A program made the position numbers and the translations under genes. From a virus (Duplodnaviria; Caudoviricetes): 24,721 nt of DNA. Shown piece by piece: positions 13,399-22,852 of this stretch (position 1 is the first letter of the stretch; the number at the start of each line of letters is the position of its first letter). The notes under the pieces were generated by a model. It saw only the letters and a list, made by a program, of their open reading frames with translations, was not told where the DNA came from and searched no databases. The DNA is taken from the IMG/VR virus record IMGVR_UViG_3300020248_000008, positions 1 through 24,721 of that record; one strand, given 5' to 3'.

Positions 13399-15234
13399 TT
13401 AATCTTTCTGGTTATAGAGATCATTTGCTTCTTTGTGCTTTCCTTGGTTGGTCAATGCCTTGACCTTCTTCATCTTCTCTCTCTTCGCCAACTGCATAGC
13501 GGTTGGTTTCTTCTCATTGTAATACTTACCAGTTCCAGACTCAGGAGTTGCCATCCCTTCTTCAAAATTCATTCTTTCTCTCCAAGAATAATTTTCTTTT
13601 TTGACCTTCTTTCTTGAAGGTTCATCGTAGTCAGACTTACCGTGTTTCTTTGTACCCGCTAAACCTTGACCTTGATTGTACCAATGAGATCCACCTTGTC
13701 TTCTATCATTATAGGGATGATACGAATTGGGTCTATTCATAACGTGACCTTTCTTCTTCTTGACACCTCTTTCTGCCTCGTGGTTATGTTTACGAGCATC
13801 AGCATTATACTTTGCACCGTAAGTATCTTTTCCACCATAATTACGTGCTATTCTATCTTTTACTTTAGTCGCTCTGTCTTTTCCCATATCTCCCTTTGGA
13901 GTTTCAGAAATAACAAATTTAGTTGACTTAATTATTTCTTCTGGAACACAATTAGGAACTTCTTTTCCACCTTTCATTTTAGTTGGAGGACTGCCAATCT
14001 TCTTTCCATCCCAACACTTAGATGCTCCCACGTTCTTACGTGCTTGCTTTAGACCTTCCTCTACAGATACTGGTGTGGTATCTTCGTGTTCGATTACCTT
14101 ACCATCTTTATCCTTTTGATGATGCTCTACAAACTTAACAGGCATTGATACAGTTCCTTTTCCTGGAACGTACTTTGTAGTTCTAGGATTCTTAGGATCA
14201 TCTGACTTGAAGTCTTTATGAATCTTATCATATTCCTTCTTAGTCATCTTGAGTTCTTCATTATAATTACCAACTGCTTCTTTTACCCTATGCAATACTC
14301 CCTCGTACTTTGGATTAGGTGAAGTACTATCAAAAGCAGGATTGTTTTTATAACGATCAGGTTGTGCGTCTCTTTGTTTTGTTAACTTCTTTGCTTTATC
14401 ATCAAGATACTTTTTCATTACTGATGTATCCTTCTCTTCAATATGCTCCACCTCTTCTCTCTTAAACTGAGGATGATTGTCTAACTTCATTCCTCTTTTC
14501 TTTTCAAGTGCTGCTTTCTTTTTTGCTGACTCTTCACCTGTGTTATCAGAGTATCTATTGTCATACTTTTCATATACAGCAGCGTATGCTTCTGCCATCT
14601 TAGCACCTGCTTTTGCCATACCACCTACTCTCTTTTTAATTTGTTTATCTTTTATTTTTTTAACATCAGGGTTATCGCCTTTGTATTTCATATGTCCTTC
14701 AACTTCTTTCGATGCTTTAGCAACGTAACCACCTAGAGTTTTGTTACTCAACTCATCAAGATGCTCAACCTCTTCTTTAGCAGTCTTTGCTGCTTTCTTG
14801 AAAGCATCTTTTGCAGGATAGTCTTCATCACCAGGTTTTGCAGGTGATTCACCTCTTGCTCTCTTAGCGTGGATGTTAGCATAAAGACCTTTCTTCTCCT
14901 CTATATGCTCTACCTCTTCTGTCTTAGCAGATGCTTCTGATGGTTTTGCTTTTATAGTTTTCTGATTCTCGCACTGTGGATCTACAGTAGTCTCCTTTTC
15001 CTTAACAGTATCAATCTTTGGAGAAGCATCACTTGGTTTCATATTAAGTGTCGCTGCGTTTGCTGTCTCTACAAAAATCTGTGCTATTTCTTTTTGTGCA
15101 GTGCTGTGTGTATGCACATCGATATACTCACTAGGGTTATCGGTGTTATGATTAGCATACTCTACGACATATCTGACACGTTGTACGTCTGAAGGACTAT
15201 ACTTCAATAGTTTTGTCGCTGTTTTAAGGTCCAT
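13399..15234 (-). CDS. Large Lys/Glu-rich modular protein, probable internal head protein
   Basis: 611 aa, highly charged, three EEVEH(I/L)(E/D)E repeats; late-like promoter TCTAAATA at 15264-15257. Confidence 0.8.
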   Translation of the reverse strand: MDLKTATKLLKYSPSDVQRVRYVVEYANHNTDNPSEYIDVHTHSTAQKEIAQIFVETANAATLNMKPSDASPKIDTVKEKETTVDPQCENQKTIKAKPSEASAKTEEVEHIEEKKGLYANIHAKRARGESPAKPGDEDYPAKDAFKKAAKTAKEEVEHLDELSNKTLGGYVAKASKEVEGHMKYKGDNPDVKKIKDKQIKKRVGGMAKAGAKMAEAYAAVYEKYDNRYSDNTGEESAKKKAALEKKRGMKLDNHPQFKREEVEHIEEKDTSVMKKYLDDKAKKLTKQRDAQPDRYKNNPAFDSTSPNPKYEGVLHRVKEAVGNYNEELKMTKKEYDKIHKDFKSDDPKNPRTTKYVPGKGTVSMPVKFVEHHQKDKDGKVIEHEDTTPVSVEEGLKQARKNVGASKCWDGKKIGSPPTKMKGGKEVPNCVPEEIIKSTKFVISETPKGDMGKDRATKVKDRIARNYGGKDTYGAKYNADARKHNHEAERGVKKKKGHVMNRPNSYHPYNDRRQGGSHWYNQGQGLAGTKKHGKSDYDEPSRKKVKKENYSWRERMNFEEGMATPESGTGKYYNEKKPTAMQLAKREKMKKVKALTNQGKHKEANDLYNQKD

Positions 15235-15255
15235 TTGATTAATTATCCTATGATA

Positions 15256-16407
15256 TTATTTAGACTTTCGGAAGTCGCTAAATTTCTTTATGCTTTGCCC
15301 AGGAGTCATTGCCTGTACTGCTTGTCTATAGGTATCGGTTCCTATTTTCCAGTCGTTTCCTGACCCATCATCAGCAGAATGATGTTTTTCTCTTACCTCA
15401 TTTAGTGAGGTTAACCAACAACGGAATCTCCATCCGTTACCGTCTTCAAATATTGCATAGTTAGTTCCACGATGAACAATCTTACCTTGAACACCAGTGT
15501 CTAGGTGCTCAACTACTGTTCCCATATCAAAAATACTTTTGCGAACGTATGCTTCTCTTAAGTTTTGTAGATCTAACTTAGGAGCGATCTGCCAGAGTTC
15601 TTTAATCTCTACGTCCTCTTTCTCTTGGATACCCATACCTTTACGTACCGCATCCATAAGTCTTTTTGCTACTCCCTCATCTTTTCCAGGGATACCTTTA
15701 GCAAAATCTTCTAGGTTTCCTTCAGCAGCAAATGCACGCATCTTAGATGCAGACATACCTTCAACACCTTCAGCATCAGGATCTCTTTGTCCACCAGATA
15801 CTACCTTGAGTTCTTCAAAGTTATATGCTTGACCATTATATTTTTGTAGGAGGTCATTAAATTCTGCTACCCTATCACTACCAACAACCATTGTTACTGA
15901 ACTGTAACCCTCTTCATTGATAGAAGACAATACATTAAAAATGTTTCCTTTATCAGGATCATTTTGTATTGCATTTGCGTGGTCGGGGAACATCTGTTTA
16001 AGATAGTTTATCTTCTCCGCAGGTTCCAACGGATTTTTCTTTGCATCAACAGTACGTGATGGATAAATCCTGTATTCTCCTCCTTGAGAAGACTCCGCAA
16101 CTTTGGATAAAAGTTTTTCGTGACCCACAGTAGGAGGATTGAACCTCCCAAAAGTAATTGCAATGTTTCCAAGATCTGTTACCGATGAATTACCTTCATT
16201 TTCAGCAGCACCTTCTTCAGCACCCGCTTGTGCTTGTTCTGCTTCATCACGAGAAACTGTAACAAGTCTCTCACCACCTTCTGATTTTGCCACAATGTTA
16301 CCTGTGCGATCAGCATAGTAACCGTGACCAACGTGTTGGAGACCTCGTTTCGCTGCTGCTTCTCCTGCAACAGTGCGTGCTTCTGATAGGAATTGCTTAA
16401 ATTTCAT
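15256..16407 (-). CDS. Cytidylyltransferase-like (HIGH-superfamily) nucleotidyltransferase
   Basis: TFGRFNPPTVGHEKL, VVGSDR, MSASKMR; start set at MKFKQF (16407) after GATAAATA at 16420-16413. Confidence 0.85.
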   Translation of the reverse strand: MKFKQFLSEARTVAGEAAAKRGLQHVGHGYYADRTGNIVAKSEGGERLVTVSRDEAEQAQAGAEEGAAENEGNSSVTDLGNIAITFGRFNPPTVGHEKLLSKVAESSQGGEYRIYPSRTVDAKKNPLEPAEKINYLKQMFPDHANAIQNDPDKGNIFNVLSSINEEGYSSVTMVVGSDRVAEFNDLLQKYNGQAYNFEELKVVSGGQRDPDAEGVEGMSASKMRAFAAEGNLEDFAKGIPGKDEGVAKRLMDAVRKGMGIQEKEDVEIKELWQIAPKLDLQNLREAYVRKSIFDMGTVVEHLDTGVQGKIVHRGTNYAIFEDGNGWRFRCWLTSLNEVREKHHSADDGSGNDWKIGTDTYRQAVQAMTPGQSIKKFSDFRKSK

Positions 16408-16418
16408 AATACTATTTA

Positions 16419-17606
16419 TCAACCCCAGTTCTTTTCTATATTAAAGTTAGTTTTACTGAACTCTAGTCTGTCAACTAACTTTATAGCGGAACCAGATTTA
16501 ATTGCTACAAAACCTTCTGGTGCTGTAACACGATAACCATTGTCAGTTTTGATGTAAGTACCAATAGTATTTACTTTTGATAACTGACGAACAATATACA
16601 TCTTACATTCAGTTAAATTCATATAAGATGCTACTGTCATATATATCGGTCGTGCATTAGTTTTAATAAACTTTAGACCATCTAGTTGTATCTGTTTATA
16701 TTTATTCTTTGTCGCTTCTGTTTTCTTGGTATCAATTTCTTTTTGCAATGTTGCTTTATAAAATTTCTCAAAAGCATTAGATACATCTGCTGTACTAGAA
16801 AACTTCACACCCTTTTTAATATAACTGTTAAAGAATAATTTAAAGACTTCTGATAGTAAAAACTTACCACTACCTGTCTGTCCTAGAACATCTAAGAACT
16901 GTGATGCTTGTTTGAGAGAACCCTCTGCACGGTTTGTTGCTGAGATAAACTTAGATAATGTAGTTCTATCAAATGTAGAAGCACCTGTTGCATCTTTAAA
17001 GTTAGATGAGAATACTGCTACGTCATTACTTTTCATAGAAGATGTATTAACACCGAAAGATGCTTTCATATCTCTAACTGTGCCATCACCACCGCTATAC
17101 TTTGTATGGAATACGATACCCATCTTTGCGGTTCTAATTTTCTTACCCATATCACTCTTTACAGGTACAGCATAGGTAATAGTATTAGGTGTAAACACAT
17201 AACAAGATTCACCATTTACATTTCTAGTAACCACATCATTATAAAAAAGTAAATCACCTTGCAGTACACCTTTGATACCTAACTTAGGTAAATATTCTAA
17301 ACAAACCTTAAGTTTATCTGCTAGTTGACCTGCATAGTATGTGTCTATATCACTATTGCTTCTACAAATTTTTGGTGTTCCTTTATTAAATACTGCTTTT
17401 GTTCCAACAAAAAATTTTCCTGTAGTAGGATGCTGTCCACATACAATAGCAGGTGCACCATCCCATTTGGTAGTGATTCGTATATTGGAATGTGGTTCTG
17501 TTAACATAAGACCTAACTCTCTTAGAATCTTGATAGCATTTCTACCACCATTAGACCCACTGTTGAGTATATCGTCTTCTAAATGTTCGAGGTGAGTGTT
17601 TTTCAT
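16419..17606 (-). CDS. Conserved phage protein (DUF6267-like) with ligase-type nucleotidyltransferase motifs
   Basis: NTHLEHLED, TTKWDGAP, LQGDL, PEGFV, IKLVDRLEFS. Confidence 0.8.
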   Translation of the reverse strand: MKNTHLEHLEDDILNSGSNGGRNAIKILRELGLMLTEPHSNIRITTKWDGAPAIVCGQHPTTGKFFVGTKAVFNKGTPKICRSNSDIDTYYAGQLADKLKVCLEYLPKLGIKGVLQGDLLFYNDVVTRNVNGESCYVFTPNTITYAVPVKSDMGKKIRTAKMGIVFHTKYSGGDGTVRDMKASFGVNTSSMKSNDVAVFSSNFKDATGASTFDRTTLSKFISATNRAEGSLKQASQFLDVLGQTGSGKFLLSEVFKLFFNSYIKKGVKFSSTADVSNAFEKFYKATLQKEIDTKKTEATKNKYKQIQLDGLKFIKTNARPIYMTVASYMNLTECKMYIVRQLSKVNTIGTYIKTDNGYRVTAPEGFVAIKSGSAIKLVDRLEFSKTNFNIEKNWG

Positions 17607-17607
17607 A

Positions 17608-18507
17608 CTATCCTAGTTTAACATCTATTCTGATTACTGGATTATATTGTGTGACACCTTGTAGACTGGTAGGAATCCTCTCTATAGGACCTTGAACACC
17701 TTGCCCTAGTTGTCTTGTCTTTGGAAATGTACCTTGTTTCTTTTTAGAAAATCTTGGATTTACTATTGCACAAAACTCTTGTACTAATTTCTTAGTAATT
17801 GGTCTCAAACCTTTTTCTGTTAGTATATGTGTCGCTATTTGGAGAGGTTTTCCTTTTAATGTCAACTTTCCTGTGATTGATTCTTCTACAAAGGCACATC
17901 TAAATTCATCATAGACTGATCCGACACCATCCTTACCTTTAGTTCCTATAATTTCTATCAACCTTTCTTCTAGTGCTGCTGCATTTGGATTGTGTTTGAC
18001 TAATGAATCAACGTCTTCCTTTGTCATATATTTATTTGGAAAAAATGCTTCCACATCATTAATTACTGCTTGGATATTTGCCAAAGTATTACCATCTGTG
18101 CTTGAACCTTTACCTCTAGCAATTTTTTTATATATTTCATTAAGTGCAGTTACATTAGTCTCTATCATTGAACTACTAAGTTGAAAAGAATTTCCATATT
18201 TCATAGAGCATTGATATATCTTACCACCTTTATAAAAAACTATATCAGATTTACTTCCCGATTCCATCTTTTCAAATGAGGCATAAAATTTTAAACTTTC
18301 ATTAGTGGATAAGGTCTTTGCAAGTTTATCTACTACTTTTACAGAGTCTTTTTGTACTGTACTGTTTGTTTTATTCCAAGTTTCTAATGCTTTTTCTTTA
18401 GTTTTTAGTTGTTTACTAGATAAAACTTCTGGATTAGTAAGACGACTATATGCAGTATGTAATACGCACCATTCAAACTGAGTTCCTTGATCTTGTTTCC
18501 TTGCCAT
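17608..18507 (-). CDS. Hypothetical protein, possible PD-(D/E)XK-type nuclease
   Basis: GTQFE helix, KSDIVF and CSMKYG; late-like TCTAAATA at 18529-18522. Confidence 0.6.
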   Translation of the reverse strand: MARKQDQGTQFEWCVLHTAYSRLTNPEVLSSKQLKTKEKALETWNKTNSTVQKDSVKVVDKLAKTLSTNESLKFYASFEKMESGSKSDIVFYKGGKIYQCSMKYGNSFQLSSSMIETNVTALNEIYKKIARGKGSSTDGNTLANIQAVINDVEAFFPNKYMTKEDVDSLVKHNPNAAALEERLIEIIGTKGKDGVGSVYDEFRCAFVEESITGKLTLKGKPLQIATHILTEKGLRPITKKLVQEFCAIVNPRFSKKKQGTFPKTRQLGQGVQGPIERIPTSLQGVTQYNPVIRIDVKLG

Positions 18508-18524
18508 CGACCTTTTTTTACTAT

Positions 18525-19070
18525 TTAGAAGGTACCTGCTTTTTTATATAAATTCATAGCAAAACAACGTCTTCCTGCTGACGTAACTGGCACTTCGTGT
18601 TGCATCTTTGCATCAAATATTAATAGTTGTCTTGCTGACACATAGTATGGATTACGTCCGTCAAATATTATAGGTGATGCACCATCATCTATTTTTAAAT
18701 ATCCAACAGCAGCAAAATCAGCAGGAAAATGACAGTGTGGTTTCACATAGTCTCCCTGTTTATAATCTGCACCCCATATATCTTTAGCAAAATATTCTAC
18801 ATCTGTGGTTCCATCATTCAATCCACCATAAACTCTGCCACCTGCATTGTATATCAGGTTAGCAATCATTTTACAGCACAAACTGACATATGATTCGCAC
18901 TTAGGCATTTTCATATCCCAATCAGTTTGACGTGCTACAACATTAGATGCTTCTGGTGATGGTTTATCTAACTTTAACCAATCATCAATAACAGTGTTTG
19001 CTTCTTCAATACATTCATCTGGTAGTATAAACTCAAATACTGGTTGTCCACTACCGACATAAACTGTCAT
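18525..19070 (-). CDS. 2OG-Fe(II) oxygenase-like protein (HxH variant)
   Basis: YVKPHCH, FAAVGYL, LLIFDAKMQHEVP, RRCFAMN. Confidence 0.8.
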   Translation of the reverse strand: MTVYVGSGQPVFEFILPDECIEEANTVIDDWLKLDKPSPEASNVVARQTDWDMKMPKCESYVSLCCKMIANLIYNAGGRVYGGLNDGTTDVEYFAKDIWGADYKQGDYVKPHCHFPADFAAVGYLKIDDGASPIIFDGRNPYYVSARQLLIFDAKMQHEVPVTSAGRRCFAMNLYKKAGTF

Positions 19071-19402
19071 CTTAGTTCATTAACTTTCTCTACTATTTTA
19101 TCTATAATGTCAATATCTATTCCTAAAAATGGTGGAATGATACCTAGTAGACGTAGTGTTCCATCTAAAAATAATGCTAGGCAAGTAAATCCTAATATCA
19201 TACTTATGACAGTAGCATCTCTGTTATGTTTACGCATAGATTCTTCATCTATCTTCTTCGCTTGTTCTAATGTCTGTTGAAGTAAAAATTTAACTTCTTC
19301 CTTAGTATAAAAACTTCCTAATCCTGGAAGTTTTATACTTGGTTTCATATCTGAGAATGGAAAATTAGTCATTTCCTTTTCCTGTTGTGATTTATCTGTC
19401 AC
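19067..19402 (-). CDS. Conserved cyanophage membrane protein
   Basis: HNRDATVISMILGFTCLALFLDGTLRLLGIIPPF hydrophobic segments. Confidence 0.8.
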   Translation of the reverse strand: MTDKSQQEKEMTNFPFSDMKPSIKLPGLGSFYTKEEVKFLLQQTLEQAKKIDEESMRKHNRDATVISMILGFTCLALFLDGTLRLLGIIPPFLGIDIDIIDKIVEKVNELR

Positions 19403-19907
19403 CTTCCTTTCGTTCCTCTGAACGTTTTATAGAAAACTCTCCCTCTGGATAGCGAGATGCAAGTTTCACTGTATTACGGAAGATTACTTCTGCAAGACGT
19501 TCATCCAATGCCATTGCTGCTTGTGCAGCATACCACATCACGTCTCCGAGTTCTGTAACAAGGTGGTCTTTAACATCATCGTTCCAAGGTTTACCTTGAA
19601 ATTTGATTTTTTTAACAAGTTCCATAAACTCGCCCGCTTCAGCAACCATTCCTGATGCTGCGGTATCGAGTCTTTCTATTTTACACCCTTCTTTATGTAG
19701 TTCCTCGTACCTTTCTATTAGAGAATCATAACTCTTACTTGCATCAGATGTTACCAAATCAACGAACTCTGTGTACTTATCAAGATCTATGTCAAATTTC
19801 TCTGCTGTTTTTTGTCCCTTTCTTTTTTTCGCTTCTGGTGATGCGAACCCCTTAAAATCTTGTGATTGTGTAAAATCTTGAGGCATTGGGTCTGGTGTAG
19901 AAGTCAT
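19392..19907 (-). CDS. mazG: MazG-family nucleoside triphosphate pyrophosphohydrolase
   Basis: EAGEFMELVKK..ELGDVMWY..NTVKLASRYP. Confidence 0.93.
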   Translation of the reverse strand: MTSTPDPMPQDFTQSQDFKGFASPEAKKRKGQKTAEKFDIDLDKYTEFVDLVTSDASKSYDSLIERYEELHKEGCKIERLDTAASGMVAEAGEFMELVKKIKFQGKPWNDDVKDHLVTELGDVMWYAAQAAMALDERLAEVIFRNTVKLASRYPEGEFSIKRSEERKEGDR

Positions 19908-21262
19908 ACTTTAAAATCAGTAAATAATGTTGGTTGAATTTTAGGTGTGTCCTCACCATTGTGACCAGGATCTATAATATTCTCCTGCTGATCACAATCA
20001 TACAGTCTCATCTTCCCTCTGTCAATACCCACAACAAATCTTTTGTTCATTGTCGGATCATTGTATCTATTTTTTAACTGCTTGATCATTATTTGACCGT
20101 TTGCTTCCAAGTCTTCACTAGAGATAAGAGCAAACATAAAGTCAGCAGTTGCAGGAAGACCAAAAGATTCAGAAGTGTCGGTAAGTTCCACGTCTGAATT
20201 ACCGTAACCTGATCTAGTAGTTTGAGTAGCACTAATGATAGGAAGGTTGCACTCAGCAGCAAGACCACGGAGTTCTTCAGCGATTGCTTTAACATAGGTA
20301 TAAGAGTTAACTATTGCCCCCTTATATCTAGCAGATGCACAGATGTTTAAATAATCTACAAACACTACGTCAGGAGTAAAAGACTTTTTAATTGCTAACT
20401 CTTGTAGTAGAGATTTGAAATGACCTACGTGTGCTGCTGCTGTTGGATATTCTTTTACAATAAGACGACCTTGAGTTTTCTCTGCAACCTTTGTCAACTT
20501 ATTATCGTACATAACTTTAGGCAATGTTTCTAGTTGTTGTACGTTTATATTCAATAAGTTTGCATCAATACGTTCAGCAATTTTTTCCTCTGCCATTTCA
20601 CAAGTAATATAAAGAACATTATATCCTTGCATTAGATGTGAAGCAGCGGTGTGGCACATAAACAATGACTTACCAACACCAGTTCCTGCCAGTGCGATAT
20701 TCAATGTCTTCTTACCTAGACCACCCTTTGTAATCTTATTGAGCATAGAAATATCAAAAGGAATTTTCTCTTCCTTTCTATGATAGAAATCAAATCTATC
20801 GTCAGCATCATCTATGTAATCGTGTCCAACAGAATTATCAAAACTAACAGCAAGTGCATCAGTAAGTAATGATGGAATAGCATCTCTACTTGCTTTCTTC
20901 TCACCGTCAGCAATTTGAATTGACTCTAATAGAGCGTTGTATATTGCACGATCACGACACCACTTTTCTGTAGTGTCTACTAACCATTTAATATCGTGTG
21001 CTGTATCTTCAAAATTAGAAATACTATTTTGTATAGTCTTAGATTGTTCATCTGTAAGATCTCTACGGGTTTCTAATTCAATAGTCAATGCTTCCTTAGT
21101 TGGAAGACGATCGTACTCAACAAAATATTTTGATGTTTCTTCAAAAAGTATTTTGTTATTAACATCTTCAAAATATTCTCCTTTGAGATGTGGAATTACT
21201 CTACGAGTAAACTTTTCTTCAAAGAATAATGATGAGATAATTAAATTCTCAAGATTAGACAT
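19904..21262 (-). CDS. T4 gp41-like replicative DNA helicase (DnaB family)
   Basis: Walker A AGTGVGKS, VFVDYL, SATQTTR, TSESFGLP, KQLKNRY. Confidence 0.97.
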   Translation of the reverse strand: MSNLENLIISSLFFEEKFTRRVIPHLKGEYFEDVNNKILFEETSKYFVEYDRLPTKEALTIELETRRDLTDEQSKTIQNSISNFEDTAHDIKWLVDTTEKWCRDRAIYNALLESIQIADGEKKASRDAIPSLLTDALAVSFDNSVGHDYIDDADDRFDFYHRKEEKIPFDISMLNKITKGGLGKKTLNIALAGTGVGKSLFMCHTAASHLMQGYNVLYITCEMAEEKIAERIDANLLNINVQQLETLPKVMYDNKLTKVAEKTQGRLIVKEYPTAAAHVGHFKSLLQELAIKKSFTPDVVFVDYLNICASARYKGAIVNSYTYVKAIAEELRGLAAECNLPIISATQTTRSGYGNSDVELTDTSESFGLPATADFMFALISSEDLEANGQIMIKQLKNRYNDPTMNKRFVVGIDRGKMRLYDCDQQENIIDPGHNGEDTPKIQPTLFTDFKV

Positions 21263-21836
21263 AATGTGTGTAAGAACTTACGATAAATTTGTCGTCAGAA
21301 ATAGTGCGTTTACCTGAGTGTGGGTATAACCATAGAGGAGGGAACATAACTAATCTGCCTTCCTTTGGTTTTATTGTAGGACCGTTTTCAAAAACTGTCT
21401 CGCCACCTTCTTCAACATCATTTAGATACCAGAACATTGATAAGAACCTACGAGCAGATGCGTGGTCTCCCACATCAACGTGTTTATCAAAACGATCATC
21501 AGTTCCCTTTTCATATTTCTTAACTCTGAATTGTTCAAGAGCAGATTTGACAGGAAAATATGGTCTACAATCTACATCCTCCATATATTTTTGGACATAG
21601 TAATGTGATGATTCAATCAAAGCATTCTGTATCATTCCCCACTCAGACCAAGGAGATACATTGAGATTATGCTCATTGTCATCTATTGCCTGTGTGATAT
21701 TGAATTGACGAAACTTAGGTAGACCTTTCTGATCTACCTCTTCGTGAATCTGACTACCAAATAATCTAATAACGTTTTTGCAAACAGTATTAGGTAATGT
21801 GTAGTCATAAACTTGTATGTAATCTCTGAGTTCCAC
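21255..21836 (-). CDS. 2OG-Fe(II) oxygenase (prolyl-hydroxylase-like)
   Basis: FDKHVD, YLNDVEEGGET, FPPLWLYPHSG, KFIVS; GTG start overlaps the uvsX stop. Confidence 0.9.
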   Translation of the reverse strand: MELRDYIQVYDYTLPNTVCKNVIRLFGSQIHEEVDQKGLPKFRQFNITQAIDDNEHNLNVSPWSEWGMIQNALIESSHYYVQKYMEDVDCRPYFPVKSALEQFRVKKYEKGTDDRFDKHVDVGDHASARRFLSMFWYLNDVEEGGETVFENGPTIKPKEGRLVMFPPLWLYPHSGKRTISDDKFIVSSYTHYV

Positions 21837-22852
21837 TAACCGTACGCAAATTCTTTTTGTGCTGCTTCATCTAGTTGCTGCATTATTCCTTCGGTGAAGT
21901 ACTTGTCAGGATCGGCAAGGATAGCAGAAGGATAAACGGAAGATTCACCAACAACAATCCTATTACCCCGCTTTGTGAAGACTCCATACTTTTCACCCAA
22001 CTCCAGTAATCCGTAATACCTGTCGAGTCCACGTTCGTCATAGAAAAGACGAGTAGTAATTTTAGCATTCTCTTTTGTAAATCTAGATTTCTTTGTTTCA
22101 CATCTAATGATGTTTCCGATCACTTCTTTACCATCTTTCTCTTTAGACTTAGCGAGATAGATGATAGTCGATGCTGCATATTTAAGACCAGAACCACCGC
22201 CCATTTCTTTTGTAGGTACATATGCACCCACTACATCATATGTATGGTTTGTGACAATCATAGGTATGTTCGCTTTACCCAACTTCAAAGTAAGAACACG
22301 GAAGATTGCTTTGACAACCTGTGCACGAGTCATATCTCGTGTGTCCTTACCATCAGAGGAGTCTTGGACTTCCTTTGAAGTAGATAACATACCAAGAGAA
22401 TCGAGAACGAACATTAATGGTTTACGTTCTGCTTCTGGTTGTTCAAGATATTTGTCAACAATTCTTAATGATTGTGTTCTAAATTCTTGAACTGTAGTAA
22501 CAGGAACTAAAACCATACGATCAGAAGGAATATTCCTAGACTCAATCATATCCTTAGATAATGCAGACTCAGATTCAAAATAAATGCACCCTGCTTCTGG
22601 ATTACTTGCAAGAAAACTTTTTACCATACTAAGAGTAAAGAAAGTTTTACCTGTACTACTCTCACCTGCAATAGCGGTGATCTTATTGGAAGGTATTCCA
22701 CCTTTAATACTACCACTTACTAGGGCATTAAAGATGTAACTACCTGTATCTACAAAAGACGCAACGTCTCCTGCTGATACTCCATCTGACACTACACCTG
22801 CATACTCGTTTCCGATGTCGCTGATAATGTCTTTAAAAAATGCTGATGTCAT
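21836..22852 (-). CDS. uvsX: UvsX RecA-like recombinase
   Basis: [32 protein letters not shown]. Confidence 0.97.
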   Translation of the reverse strand: MTSAFFKDIISDIGNEYAGVVSDGVSAGDVASFVDTGSYIFNALVSGSIKGGIPSNKITAIAGESSTGKTFFTLSMVKSFLASNPEAGCIYFESESALSKDMIESRNIPSDRMVLVPVTTVQEFRTQSLRIVDKYLEQPEAERKPLMFVLDSLGMLSTSKEVQDSSDGKDTRDMTRAQVVKAIFRVLTLKLGKANIPMIVTNHTYDVVGAYVPTKEMGGGSGLKYAASTIIYLAKSKEKDGKEVIGNIIRCETKKSRFTKENAKITTRLFYDERGLDRYYGLLELGEKYGVFTKRGNRIVVGESSVYPSAILADPDKYFTEGIMQQLDEAAQKEFAYG

